A stretch of 64,000 nucleotides of DNA, from NCBI GenBank assembly GCA_964016885.1, contig OZ024743.1, positions 107,384,001 to 107,448,000 on the forward strand, written 5' to 3'. Shown piece by piece: positions 15,201 to 31,700 of the stretch. Each line of letters starts with the position of its first letter. Positions within the stretch are counted from its first letter, which is position 1. The notes beneath the pieces were generated by a model, which was not told the origin of the DNA, searched no databases, and saw only the letters and a list, made by a program, of their open reading frames with translations. The translations under genes and the position numbers were made by a program. This stretch comes from Eledone cirrhosa. Its lineage: Eukaryota.

Positions 15201-17360
15201 ACCAACCCCCAGCACTACCAGCATCAACAACAGTAACATCACCAACACCCAGCACAACCAGCATCAACAACAGTAAAAACACCAACCCCCAGCACAACCA
15301 GCATCAACAACAGTAACATCACCAACACCCAGCACAACCAGCATCAACAACAGTAAAAACACCAACCCCCAGCACAACCAGTATCAACAACAGTAACAAC
15401 ACCAACCCCCAGCACAACCAGCATCAACAACAGTAACATCACCAACACCCAGCACAACCAGCATCAACAACAGTAAAAACACCAACACCCAGCACAACCA
15501 GCATCAACAACAGTAAAAACACCAACCCCCAGCACAACCAGCATCAACAACAGTAACAACACCAACCCCCAGCACAACCAGCATCAACAACAGTAAAAAC
15601 ACCAACCCCCAGCACTACCAGCATCAACAACAGTAACAACACCAACACCCAGCACAACCAGCATCAACAACAGTAAAAACACCAACCCCCAGCACAACCA
15701 GCATCAACAACAGTAAAAACACCAACCCCCAGCACTACCAGCATCAACAACAGTAACAACACCAACACCCAGCACAACCAGCATCAACAACAGTAAAAAC
15801 ACCAACCCCCAGCACGACCAGCATCAACAACAGTAACAACACCAACACCCAGCACAACCAGCATCAACAACAGTAAAAACACCAACCCCCAGCACAACCA
15901 GCATCAACAACAGTAACAACACCAACACCCAGCACAACCAGCATCAACAACAGTAAAAACACCAAACCCCAGCACGACCAGCATCAACAACAGTAACAAC
16001 AACAACACACAGCACAACCAGCATCAACAACAGTAAAAACACCAACCCCCAGCACAACCAGCATCAACAACAGTAAAAACACCAACCCCCAGCACTACCA
16101 GCATCAACAACAGTAAAAACACCAACCCCCAGCACGACCAGCATCAACAAGAGTAACAACACCAACCCCCAGCACGACCAGCATCAACAACAGTAACAAC
16201 ACCAACACCCAGCACTACCAGCATCAACAACAGTAACAACACTAACTCCCAGCACAACCAGTATCAACAACAGTAACATCACCAACACCCAGCACAACCA
16301 GCATCAACAATAGTAACATCACCAACACCCAGCACAACCAGCATCAACAACAGTAAAAACACCAACCCCCAGCACAACCAGCATCAACAACAGTAACATC
16401 ACCAACACCCAGCACAACCAGCATCAACAACAGTAGCATCACCAACACCCAGCACAACCAGCATCAACAACAGTAAAAACACCAACCCCCAGCACAACCA
16501 GCATCAACAACAGTAACATCACCAACACCCAGCACAACCAGCATCAACAACAGTAAAAACACCAACCCCCAGCACAACCAGCATCAACAACAGTAACATC
16601 ACCAACACCCAGCACAACCATCATCAACATCAGTAACAACACCAACCCCCAGCACAACCAGCATCAACAACAGTAACAACACCAACCCCCAGCACAACCA
16701 TCATCAACATCAGTAACAACACCAACCCCCAGCACAACCAGCATCAACAACAGTAACATCACCAACACCCAGCACAACCAGCATCAACAACAGTAAAAAC
16801 ACCAACCCCCAGCACAACCAGCATCAACAACAGTAACAACACCAACCCCCAGCACAACCAGCATCAACAACAGTAACATCACCAACACCCAGCACAACCA
16901 GCATCAACAACAGTAAAAACACCAACCCCTAGCACAACCAGCATCAACAACAGTAACAACACCAACTCCCAGCACAACCAGCATCAACAACAGTAACAAC
17001 ACCAACTCCCAGCACAACCAGCATCAACAACAGTAACAACACCAACTCCCAGCACAACCAGCATCAACAACAGTAACATCACCAACCCCCAGCACGACCA
17101 GCATCAACAACAGTAACATCACCAACCCCCAGCACAAACAGCATCAACAACAGTAACAACACCAACCCCCAGCACTACCAGCATCAACAACAGTAACATC
17201 ACGAACCCCCAGCACAACCAGCATCAACAACAGTAACATCACCAACCCCCAGCACGACCAGCATCAACAACAGTAACATCACCAACCCCCAGCACAACCA
17301 GCATCCACAACAGTAACATCACCAACCTCCAGCACAACCAGCATCAACAACATTAACAAC
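12260..17360. repeat. Tandem duplication of a block of about 2.5-2.6 kb (63-65 monomers)
   Basis: GAGTAAC at 12311/14911 and 13551/16151 and TAGTAACATC at 13711/16311 (offset 2600); GCATCCACAA at 14781/17301 and CATTAACAAC at 14831/17351 (offset 2520, so the copies differ by two monomers). Confidence 0.9.
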
Positions 17361-18029
17361 ACCAACCCCCAGCACAACCAGCATCAACAACAGTAACAAC
17401 ACCAACCCCCAGCACAACCAGCATCAACAACAGTAACATCACCAACCCCCAGCACAACCAGCATCAACAACAGTAACAACACCAACCCCAGCACAACCAG
17501 CATCAACAACAGTAACATCACTAACCTCCAGCACGACCAGCATCAACAACAGTAACAACACCAACCCCCAGCACAACCAGCATCAACAACAGTTACATCA
17601 CCAACCTCCAGCACAACCAGCATCAACAACAGTAACAACACCAACTCCCAGCACAACCATCATCAACAACAGTAACAACACCAACCCCCAGCACAACCAG
17701 CATCAACAACAGTAACAACACCAACCCCCAGCACAACCAGCATCAACAACAGTAACAACACCAACTCCCAGCACAACCATCATCAACAACAGTAACAACA
17801 CCAACTCCCAGCACTACCAGCATCAACAAAAGTAACATAAACAACCCCCAGCACAATCAGCATCAACAACAGTAACAACACCAACCCCCAGCACTACCAG
17901 CATCAACAACAGTAACAACACCAATCCCCAGCACAACCAGCATCAACAACAGTAACATCACCAACCCCCAGCACAACCAGCATCAACAACAGTAACAACA
18001 CCAACCGCCAGCGCAAACAGCATCAACAA

Positions 18030-21000
18030 CAGTAACAACACCAACACCCAGCACAACCAGCATCAACAACAGTAACATCACCAACCCCCAGCACTACCAG
18101 CATCAACAACAGTAACAACACCAACACCCAGCACAACCAGCATCAACAACAGTAACAACACCAACCCCCAGCACATCCAGCATCAACAACAGTAACAACA
18201 CCAACTCCCCGCACAACCATCATCAACAACAGAAACAACACGAACCCCCAGCATAACCAGTATCAACAACAGTAACATCACCAAGCCCCAGTACTACCAG
18301 CATCAACAACAGTAACACCACCAACCCCCAGCACAACCAGCATCAACAACAGTAACATCACCAACCCCCAGCACGACCAGCATCAACAACAGTAACAACA
18401 CCAACCCCCAGCACAACCAGCATCAACAACAGTAACAACACCAACCCCCAGCACAACCATCATCAACAACAGTAACAACACCAACCCCTAGCACAACAAG
18501 CATCAACAACAGTAACAACACCAACCCCCAGCACAACCAGCATCAACAACAGTAACAACACCAACCCCCAGCACAACCAGCATCAACAACAGTAACAACA
18601 CCAACCCCCAGCACAACCAGCATCAACAACAGTAAAAACACCAACCCCCAGCACAACCAGCATCAACAACAGTAAAAACACCAACCCCCAGCACAACCAG
18701 CATCAACAACAGTAACAACACCAACCCCCAGCACAACCAGCATCAACAACAGTAAAAACACCAACCCCCAGCACGACCAGCATCAACAACAGTAAAAACA
18801 CCAATCCCCAGCACAACCAGCATCAACAACAGTAAAAACACCAACCCCCAGCACAACCAGCATCAACAACAGTAAAAACACCAACCCCCAGCACAACCAG
18901 CATCAACAACAGTAACAACACCAACCCCCAGCACAACCAGCATCAACAACAGTAAACCCACCAACCCCCAGCACAACCAGCATCAACAACAGTAAAAACA
19001 CCAACCCCCAGCACAACCAGCATCAACAACAGTAAAAACACCAACCCCCAGCACAACCAGCATCAACAACAGTATCAACACCAACTCCCAGCACAACCAG
19101 CATCAACAACAGTAACAACACCAACCCCCAGCACAACCAGCATCAACAACAGTAACAACACCAACCCCCAGTACAACCAGCATCAACAACAGTAAAAACA
19201 CCAATCCCCAGCACAACCAGCATCAACAACAGTAACATCACCAACCCCAGCACAACCAGCATCAACAACAGTAAAAACACCAACCCCCAGCACGACCAGC
19301 AACAACAACAGTAACAACACCAACCCCCAGCACTACCAACATCAACAACAGTAACAACACGAACCCCCAGCAAGACCAGCATCAACAACAGTAACAACAC
19401 GAACCCCCAGCACTACCAGCATCAACAACAGTAACAACACGAACCCCCAGCAAGACCAGCATCAACAACAGTAAAAACTCCAACCCCCAGCACTACCAAC
19501 ATCAACAACAGTAAAAACACCAACCCCCAGCACGACCAGCATCAACAACAGTAACAACACCAACACCCAGCACAACCAGCATCAACAACAGTAACATCAC
19601 CAACCCCCAGCACTACCAGCATCAACAACAGTAACAACACCAACACCCAGCACAACCAGCATCAACAACAGTAACAACACCAACCCCCAGCACAACCAGC
19701 ATCAACAACAGTAACAACACCAACTCCCCGCACAACCATCATCAACAACAGAAACAACACGAACCCCCAGCACAACCAGTATCAACAACAGTAACATCAC
19801 CAAGCCCCAGTACTACCAGCATCAACAACAGTAACACCACCAACCCCCAGCACAACCAGCATCAACAACAGTAACATCACCAACCCCCAGCACGACCAGC
19901 ATCAACAACAGTAACAACACCAACCCCCAGCACAACCAGCATCAACAACAGTAACAACACCAACCCCCAGCACAACCAGCATCAACAACAGTAACAACAC
20001 CAACCCCTAGCACAACAAGCATCAACAACAGTAACAACACCAACCCCCAGCACAACCAGCATCAACAACAGTAACAACACCAACCCCCAGCACAACCAGC
20101 ATCAACAACAGTAACAACACCAACCCCCAGCACAACCAGCATCAACAACAGTAAAAACACCAACCCCCAGCACAACCAGCATCAACAACAGTAAAAACAC
20201 CAACCCCCAGCACGACCAGCATCAACAACAGTAACAACACCAACCCCCAGCGCGACCAGCATCAACAACAGTAAAAACACCAATCCCCAGCACAACCAGC
20301 ATCAACAACAGTAAAAACACCAACCCCCAGCACAACCAGCATCAACAACAGTAAAAACACCAACCCCCAGCACAACCAGCATCAACAACAGTAACAACAC
20401 CATCCCCCAGCACAACCAGCATCAACAACAGTAAAAACACCAACCCCCAGCACAACCAGCATCAACAACAGTAAAAACACCAACCCCCAGCACAACCAGC
20501 ATCAACAACAGTAAAAACACCAACCCCCAGCACAACCAGCATCAACAACAGTAAAAACACCAATCCCCAGCACAACCAGCATCAACAACAGTAACATCAC
20601 CAACCCCAGCACAACCAGCATCAACAACAGTAAAAACACCAACCCCCAGCACGACCAGCATCAACAACAGTAACAACACCAACCCCCAGCACTACCAACA
20701 TCAACAACAGTAAAAACACCAACCCCCAGCACGACCAGCATCAACAACAGTAACAACACGAACCCCCAGCAAGACCAGCATCAACAACAGTAACAACACG
20801 AACCCCCAGCACTACCAGCATCAACAACAGTAACAACACGAACCCCCAGCAAGACCAGCATCAACAACAGTAAAAAATCCAACCCCCAGCACTACCAACA
20901 TCAACAACAGTAAAAACACCAACCCCCAGCACGACCAGCATCAACAACAGTAACAACACGAACCCCCAGCAAGACCAGCATCAACAACAGTAACAACACG
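18030..21000. repeat. Imperfect tandem duplication, offset about 1519 bp at its start
   Basis: AACTCCCCGCACAACCATCATC followed by AGAAACAACACGAAC and AAGCCCCAGTAC at about 18203 and 19722; CCCCTAGCACAACAAG at about 18485 and 20004. Confidence 0.75.
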
Positions 21001-24000
21001 AACCCCCAGCAAGACCAGCATCAACAACAGTAAAAACACCAACCCCCAGCACTACCAACATCAACAACAGTAAAAACACCAACCCCCAGCACGACCAGCA
21101 TCAACAACAGTAAAAACACCAACCCCCAGCAAGACCAGCATCAACAACAGTAACAACACGAACCCCCAGCAAGACCAGCATCAACAACAGTAAAAACACC
21201 AACCCCCAGCACGACCAGCATCAACAACAGTAAAAACACCAACCCCCAGCAAGACCAGCATCAACAACAGTAACAACACGAACCCCCAGCAAGACCAGCA
21301 TCAACAAGAGTAAAAACACCAACCCCCAGCACGACCAGCATCAACAACAGTAAAAACACCAACCCCCAGCAAGACCAGCATCAACAACAGTAACAACACG
21401 AACCCCCAGCAAGACCAGCATCAACAACAGTAAAAACACCAACCCCCAGCAAGACCAGCATCAACAACAGTAACATCACCAACACCCAGCTCAACCAGCA
21501 TCAACAACAGTAAAAACACCAACCCCCAGCACAACCATCATCAACATCAGTAACAACACCAACCCCCAGCACAACCATCATCAACAACAGTAACAACACC
21601 AACCCCCAGCACAACCAGTATCAACAACAGTAACAACACCAACCCCCAGCACAACCAGCATCAACAACAGTAACAACACCAACCCCCAGCACAACCAGCA
21701 TCAACAACAGTAACAACACCAACCCCAGCACAATCAGCATCAACAACAGAAACAACACCAACCCCCAGCACAACCAGCATCAACAACAGTAACATCACCA
21801 ACCCCCAGCACAACCGGCATCAACAACAGTAACAACACCAACCCCAGCACAATCAGCATCAACAACAGTAACAACACCAACCCCAGCACAATCAGCATCA
21901 ACAACAGTAACACCACCAACCCCCAGCACAACCAGCATCAACAACAGTAACATCACCAACCCCCAGCACAACCAGCATCAACAACAGTAACAACACCAAC
22001 ACCAGCACAATCAGCATCAACAACCGAAACAGCACCAACCCCCAGCACAACCAGCATCGACAACAGTAACAACACCAAGCCCCAGCACTACCAGCATCAA
22101 CAACAGTAACAACACCAAGCCCCAGTACTACCAGCATCAACAACAGTAACAACACCAAGCCCCAGTACTACCAGCATCAACATCAGTAACATCACCAACC
22201 CCCAGCATAACCGGCATCAACAACAGTAGCATCACCAACCCCCACCACAACCAGCATCAACAACAGTAACATCACCAACCCCCAGCACAACCAGCATCAA
22301 CAACAGTAACAACACCAACCCCCAGCACAACCAGCATCAACATCAGTAACAACACCAACCCCAGCACAACCAGCATCAACAACAGTAACATCACCAACCC
22401 CCAGCATAACCAGCATCAACAACAGTAACAACACCAACCCCAGCACAATCAGCATCAACAACAGTAACAACACCAACCCCCAGCACAACCAGCATCAACA
22501 ACTGTAACAGCACCAACCCCCAGCACTACCAGCATCAACAACATTAACAGCACCAACCCCCAGCACAATCAGTATCAACAACAGTAACAACACCAACCCC
22601 AGCACAATCAGCATCAACAACAGTAACAACACCAACCCCAGCACAACCAGCATCAACAACAGTAACATCACCAACCCCCAGCACAATCAGCATCAACAAC
22701 AGTAACAACACCAACCCCAGCACAATCAGCATCAACAACAGTAACAACACCAACCCCAGCACAATCAGCATTAACAACAGTAACAACACCAACTCCCAGC
22801 ACAACCAGCATTAACAACAGTAACAACACCAACTCTCAGCACAACCAGCATCAACAACAGCAACAACACCAACCCCAGCACAATCAGCATCAACAACAGT
22901 AACACTACCAACCCCCAGGACTACCAGCATCAACAACAGTAACACCACCAACCCCAGCACAATCAGCATCAACAACAGTAACAACACCAACCGCAGCACA
23001 ATCAGCATCAACAACAGTAACATCACCAACCCCCAGCACATCCAGCATCAACAACAGTAACATCACCAACCCCCAGCACAACCAGCATCAAAAACAGTAA
23101 CAACACCAACCCCCAGCACTACCAGCATCAACAACAGTAACAACACCAACCCCCAGCACTACCAGCATCAACAACAGTAACAACACCAAGCCCCAGCACA
23201 ACCAGCATCAACCACAGTAACAACACCAACCCCCAGCACTACCAGCATCAACAACAGTATCAACACCAACTCCCAGCACAACCATCATCAACAACAGTAA
23301 CAACACCAACCCCCAGCACTACCAGCATCAACAACAGTAACATCACCAATCCCCAGCACAACCAGCATCAACAACAGTAACAACACCAACCCCCAGCACT
23401 ACCAGCTTCAACAACAGTAACAACACCAAGCCCCAGCACAACCAGCATCAACAACAGTAACAACACCAACCCCCAGCACTACCAGCATCAACAACAGTAT
23501 CAACACCAACCCCCAGCACTACCAGCATCAACAACAGTAACATCACCAACCCCCAGCACAACCAGCATCAACAACAGTAACAACACCAACCCTCAGCACT
23601 ACCAGCATCAACAACAGTAACATCACCAATCCCCAGCACAACCATCACCAACAACAGTAACAACACCAACCCCCAGCACTACCAGCATCAACAACAGTAA
23701 CATCACCAATCCCCAGCACAACCAGCATCAACAACAGTAACAACACCAACCCCCAGCACAACCAGCATCAACAACAGTAACAACACCAACTCCCAGCACA
23801 ACCAGCATTAACAACAGTAACAACACCAACTCCCAGCACAACCATCACCAACAACAGTAACAACACCAACCCCCAGCACAACCAGCATCAAGAACAGTAA
23901 CAACACCAACCCCCTGCACAACCAGCATCAACAACAGTAACAACACCAACCCCCAGTACAACCATCATCAACAACAGTAAAAACACCAATCCCCAGCACA

Positions 24001-27000
24001 ACCAGCATCAACAACAGTAACATCACCAACCCCAGCACAACCAGCATCAACAACAGTAAAAACACCAACCCCCAGCACGACCAGCAACAACAACAGTAAC
24101 AACACCAACCCCCAGCACTACCAACATCAACAACAGTAACAACACGAACCCCCAGCAAGACCAGCATCAACAACAGTAACAACACGAACCCCCAGCACTA
24201 CCAGCATCAACAACAGTAACAACACGAACCCCCAGCAAGACCAGCATCAACAACAGTAAAAACTCCAACCCCCAGCACTACCAACATCAACAACAGTAAA
24301 AACACCAACCCCCAGCACGACCAGCATCAACAACAGTAACAACACCAACACCCAGCACAACCTGCATCAACAACAGTAACATCACCAACCCCCAGCACTA
24401 CCAGCATCAACAACAGTAACAACACCAACACCCAGCACAACCAGCATCAACAACAGTAACAACACCATCCCCCAGCACAACCAGCATCAACAACAGTAAC
24501 AACACCAACTCCCCGCACAACCATCATCAACAACAGAAACAACACGAACCCCCAGCACAACCAGTATCAACAACAGTAACATCACCAAGCCCCAGTACTA
24601 CCAGCATCAACAACAGTAAGACCACCAACCCCCAGCACAACCAGCATCAACAACAGTAACATCACCAACCCCCAGCACGACCAGCATCAACAACAGTAAC
24701 AACACCAACCCCCAGCACAACCAGCATCAACAACAGTAACAACACCAACCCCCAGCACAACCAGCATCAACAACAGTAACAACACCAACCCCTAGCACAA
24801 CAAGCATCAACAACAGTAACAACACCAACCCCCAGCACAACCAGCATCAACAACAGTAACAACACCAACCCCCAGCACAACCAGCATCAACAACAGTAAC
24901 AACACCAACCCCCAGCACAACCAGCATCAACAACAGTAAAAACACCAACCCCCAGCACAACCAGCATCAACAACAGTAAAAACACCAACCCCCAGCACGA
25001 CCAGCATCAACAACAGTAACAACACCAACCCCCAGCACGACCAGCATCAACAACAGTAAAAACACCAATCCCCAGCACAACCAGCATCAACAACAGTAAA
25101 AACACCAACCCCCAGCACAACCAGCATCAACAACAGTAAAAACACCAACCCCCAGCACAACCAGCATCAACAACAGTAACAACACCATCCCTCAGCACAA
25201 CCAGCATCAACAACAGTAAAAACACCAACCCCCAGCACAACCAGCATCAACAACAGTAAAAACACCAACCCCCAGCACAACCAGCATCAACAACAGTAAA
25301 AACACCAACCCCCAGCACAACCAGCATCAACAACAGTAAAAACACCAATCCCCAGCACAACCAGCATCAACAACAGTAACATCACCAACCCCAGCACAAC
25401 CAGCATCAACAACAGTAAAAACACCAACCCCCAGCACGACCAGCATCAACAACAGTAACAACACCAACCCCCAGCACTACCAACATCAACAACAGTAAAA
25501 ACACCAACCCCCAGCACGACCAGCATCAACAACAGTAACAACACGAACCCCCAGCAAGACCAGCATCAACAACAGTAACAACACGAACCCCCAGCACTAC
25601 CAGCATCAACAAAAGTAACAACACGAACCCCCAGCAAGACCAGCATCAACAAAAGTAAAAACACCAACCCCCAGCACTACCAACATCAACAACAGTAAAA
25701 ACACCAACCCCCAGCACGACCAGCATCAACAACAGTAACAACACGAACCCCCAGCAAGACCAGCATCAACAACAGTAACAACACGAACCCCCAGCAAGAC
25801 CAGCATCAACAACAGTAAAAACACCAACCCCCAGCACTACCAACATCAACAACAGTAAAAACACCAACCCCCAGCACGACCAGCATCAACAACAGTAAAA
25901 ACACCAACCCCCAGCAAGACCAGCATCAACAACAGTAACAACACGAACCCCCAGCAAGACCAGCATCAACAACAGTAAAAACACCAACCCCCAGCACGAC
26001 CAGCATCAACAACAGTAAAAACACCAACCCCCAGCAAGACCAGCATCAACAACAGTAACAACACGAACCCCCAGCAAGACCAGCATCAACAACAGTAAAA
26101 ACACCAACCCCCAGCACGACCAGCATCAACAACAGTAAAAACACCAACCCCCAGCAAGACCAGCATCACCACAGTAACAACACGAACCCCCAGCAAGACC
26201 AGCATCAACAACAGTAAAAACACCAACCCCCAGCAAGACCAGCATCAACAACAGTAACATCACCAACACCCAGCTCAACCAGCATCAACAACAGTAAAAA
26301 CACCAACCCCCAGCACAACCATCATCAACATCAGTAACAACACCAACCCCCAGCACAACCATCATCAACAACAGTAACAACACCAACCCCCAGCACAACC
26401 AGTATCAACAAAAGTAACAACACCAACCCCCAGCACAACCAGCATCAACAACAGTAACAACACCAACCCCCAGCACAACCAGCATCAACAACAGTAACAA
26501 CACCAACCCCAGCACAATCAGCATCAACAACAGAAACAACACCAACCCCCAGCACAACCAGCATCAACAACAGTAACATCACCAACCCCCAGCACAACCG
26601 GCATCAACAACAGTAACAACACCAACCCCAGCACAATCAGCATCAACAACAGTAACAACACCAACCCCAGCACAATCAGCATCAACAACAGTAACACCAC
26701 CAACCCCCAGCACAACCAGCATCAACAACAGTAACATCACCAACCCCCAGCACAACCAGCATCAACAACAGTAACAACACCAACACCAGCACAATCAGCA
26801 TCAACAACCGAAACAGCACCAACCCCCAGCACAACCAGCATCGACAACAGTAACAACACCAAGCCCCAGCACTACCAGCATCAACAACAGTAACAACACC
26901 AAGCCCCAGTACTACCAGCATCAACAACAGTAACAACACCAAGCCCCAGTACTACCAGCATCAACATCAGTAACATCACCAACCCCCAGCACAACCGGCA

Positions 27001-28710
27001 TCAACAACAGTAACATCACCAACCCCCACCACAACCAGCATCAACAACAGTAACATCACCAACCCCCAGCACAACCAGCATCAACAACAGTAACAACACC
27101 AACCCCCAGCACAACCAGCATCAACATCAGTAACAACACCAACCCCAGCACAACCAGCATCAACAACAGTAACATCACCAACCCCCAGCATAACCAGCAT
27201 CAACAACAGTAACAACACCAACCCCAGCACAATCAGCATCAACAACAGTAACAACACCAACCCCCAGCACAACCAGCATCAACAACAGTAACAGCACCAA
27301 CCCCCAGCACTACCAGCATCAACAACAGTAACAGCACCAACCCCCAGCACAATCAGTATCAACAACAGTAACAACACCAACCCCAGCACAATCAGCATCA
27401 ACAACAGTAACAACACCAACCCCAGCACAACCAGCATCAACAACAGTAACATCACCAACCCCCAGCACAATCAGCATCAACAACAGTAACAACACCAACC
27501 CCAGCACAATCAGCATCAACAACAGTAACAACACCAACCCCAGCACAATCAGCATTAACAACAGTAACAACACCAACTCCCAGCACAACCAGCATTAACA
27601 ACAGTAACAACACCAACTCTCAGCACAACCAGCATCAACAACAGCAACAACACCAACCCCAGCACAATCGGCATCAACAACAGTAACACTACCAACCCCC
27701 AGGACTACCAGCATCAACAACAGTAACACCACCAACCCCAGCACAATCAGCATCAACAACAGTAACAACACCAACCGCAGCACAATCAGCATCAACAACA
27801 GTAACATCACCAACCCCCAGCACATCCAGCATCAACAACAGTAACATCACCAACCCCCAGCACAACCAGCATCAAAAACAGTAACAACACCAACCCCCAG
27901 CACTACCAGCATCAACAACAGTAACAACACCAACCCCCAGCACTACCAGCATCAACAACAGTAACAACACCAAGCCCCAGCACAACCAGCATCAACCACA
28001 GTAACAACACCAACCCCCAGCACTACCAGCATCAACAACAGTATCAACACCAACTCCCAGCACAACCATCATCAACAACAGTAACAACACCAACCCCCAG
28101 CACTACCAGCATCAACAACAGTAACATCACCAATCCCCAGCACAACCAGCATCAACAACAGTAACAACACCAACCCCCAGCACTACCAGCTTCAACAACA
28201 GTAACAACACCAAGCCCCAGCACAACCAGCATCAACAACAGTAACAACACCAACCCCCAGCACTACCAGCATCAACAACAGTATCAACACCAACCCCCAG
28301 CACTACCAGCATCAACAACAGTAACATCACCAACCCCCAGCACAACCAGCATCAACAACAGTAACAACACCAACCCCCAGCACTACCAGCATCAACAACA
28401 GTAACATCACCAATCCCCAGCACAACCATCACCAACAACAGTAACAACACCAACCCCCAGCACTACCAGCATCAACAACAGTAACATCACCAATCCCCAG
28501 CACAACCAGCATCAACAACAGTAACAACACCAACCCCCAGCACAACCAGCATCAACAACAGTAACAACACCAACTCCCAGCACAACCAGCATTAACAACA
28601 GTAACAACACCAACTCCCAGCACAACCATCACCAACAACAGTAACAACACCAACCTCCAGCACAACCAGCATCAAGAACAGTAACAACACCAACCCCCAG
28701 CACAACCAGC
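19140..28710. repeat. Near-perfect tandem duplication of a block of about 4784 bp (about 120 monomers)
   Basis: The pseudo-ORF pattern repeats at +4784/4785 (19143/23928, 21740/26524, 22297/27081, 22811/27595), as do rare variants such as CAGCTCAACC, AACCGAAACAGCACC, CAGGACTACC, CAGCTTCAAC and ATCAAGAAC. Confidence 0.92.
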
Positions 28711-31700
28711 ATCAACAACAGTAACAACACCAAGCCCCAGCACAACCAGCATCAACAACAGTAACAACACGAACCCCCAGCACAACCATCATCAACAACA
28801 GTAACAACACCAACCCCCAGGTCAACCAGCATCAACAACAGTAACAACACCAACCCCCAGCACAACCAGCATCAACAACAGTAACAACACCAACCCCCAG
28901 CACTACCAGCATCAACAACAGTAACAACACCAACCCCCAGCACAACCAGCATCAACAACAGTAACAACACCAACTCCCAGCACAACCAGCATTAACAACA
29001 GTAACAACACCAACCCCCAGCACAACCATCATCAACAACAGTAACAACACCAACCCCCTGCACAACCAGCACCAACAACAGTAACAACACCAACCCCCAG
29101 CACAACCATCATCAACAACAGTAACAACACCAACCCCCAGCACAACCAGCATCAACAACAGTAACAACACCAACTCCCAGCACAACCAGCATTAACAACA
29201 GTAACAACACCAACTCCCAGCACAACCATCATCAACAACAGTAACAACACCAACCCCCAGCACAACCATCTTCAACAACAGTAACCACACCAACCCCCAG
29301 GTCAACCAGCATCAACAACAGTAACAACACCAACCCCCAGCACAACCAGCATCAACAACAGTAACAACACCAACCCCCAGCACTACCAGCATCAACAACA
29401 GTAACAACACCAACCCCCAGCACAACCAGCATCAACAACAGTAACAACACCAACTCCCAGCACAACCAGCATTAACAACAGTAACAACACCAACCCCCAG
29501 CACAAACATCATCAACAACAGTAACAACACCAACCCCCTGCACAACCAGCACCAACAACAGTAACAACACCAACCCCCAGCACAACCATCATCAACAACA
29601 GTAACAACACCAACCCCCAGCTCAACCAGCATCAACAACAGTAACAACACCAACTCCCAGCACAACCAGCATTAACAACAGTAACAACACCAACTCCCAG
29701 CACAACCATCATCAACAACAGTAACAACACCAACCCCCAGCACAACCAGCATCAACAACAGTAACAACACCAACCCCCAGCACTACCAGCATCAACAACA
29801 GTAACAACACCAACCCCAGCACAATCAGCATCAACAACAGTAACAACACCAACCCCAGCACAATCAGCATCAACAACAGTAACACCACCAACCCCCAGCA
29901 CAACCAGCATCAACAACAGTAACATCACCAACCCCCAGCACAACCAGCATCAACAACAGTAACAACACCAACACCAGCACAATCAGCATCAACAACCGAA
30001 ACAGCACCAACCCCCAGCACAACCAGCATCGACAACAGTAACAACACCAAGCCCCAGCACAACCAGCATCAACAACAGTAACAACACCAAGCCCCAGTAC
30101 TACCAGCATCAACAACAGTAACAACACCAAGCCCCAGTACTACCAGCATCAACATCAGTAACATCACCAACCCCCAGCACAACCGGCATCAACAACAGTA
30201 ACATCACCAACCCCCACCACAACCAGCATCAACAACAGTAACATCACCAACCCCCAGCACAACCAGCATCAACAACAGTAACAACACCAACCCCCAGCAC
30301 AACCAGCATCAACATCAGTAACAACACCAACCCCAGCACAACCAGCATCAACAACAGTAACATCACCAACCCCCAGCATAACCAGCATCAACAACAGTAA
30401 CAACACCAACCCCAGCACAATCAGCATCAACAACAGTAACAACACCAACCCCCAGCACAACCAGCATCAACAACAGTAACAGCACCAACCCCCAGCACTA
30501 CCAGCATCAACAACAGTAACAGCACCAACCCCCAGCACAATCAGTATCAACAACAGTAACAACACCAACCCCAGCACAATCAGCATCAACAACAGTAACA
30601 ACACCAACCCCAGCACAACCAGCATCAACAACAGTAACATCACCAACCCCCAGCACAATCAGCATCAACAACAGTAACAACACCAACCCCAGCACAATCA
30701 GCATCAACAACAGTAACAACACCAACCCCAGCACAATCAGCATTAACAACAGTAACAACACCAACTCCCAGCACAACCAGCATTAACAACAGTAACAACA
30801 CCAACTCTCAGCACAACCAGCATCAACAACAGCAACAACACCAACCCCAGCACAATCGGCATCAACAACAGTAACACTACCAACCCCCAGGACTACCAGC
30901 ATCAACAACAGTAACACCACCAACCCCAGCACAATCAGCATCAACAACAGTAACAACACCAACCGCAGCACAATCAGCATCAACAACAGTAACATCACCA
31001 ACCCCCAGCACATCCAGCATCAACAACAGTAACATCACCAACCCCCAGCACAACCAGCATCAAAAACAGTAACAACACCAACCCCCAGCACTACCAGCAT
31101 CAACAACAGTAACAACACCAACCCCCAGCACTACCAGCATCAACAACAGTAACAACACCAAGCCCCAGCACAACCAGCATCAACCACAGTAACAACACCA
31201 ACCCCCAGCACTACCAGCATCAACAACAGTATCAACACCAACTCCCAGCACAACCATCATCAACAACAGTAACAACACCAACCCCCAGCACTACCAGCAT
31301 CAACAACAGTAACATCACCAATCCCCAGCACAACCAGCATCAACAACAGTAACAACACCAACCCCCAGCACTACCAGCTTCAACAACAGTAACAACACCA
31401 AGCCCCAGCACAACCAGCATCAACAACAGTAACAACACCAACCCCCAGCACTACCAGCATCAACAACAGTATCAACACCAACCCCCAGCACTACCAGCAT
31501 CAACAACAGTAACATCACCAACCCCCAGCACAACCAGCATCAACAACAGTAACAACACCAACCCCCAGCACTACCAGCATCAACAACAGTAACATCACCA
31601 ATCCCCAGCACAACCATCACCAACAACAGTAACAACACCAACCCCCAGCACTACCAGCATCAACAACAGTAACATCACCAATCCCCAGCACAACCAGCAT

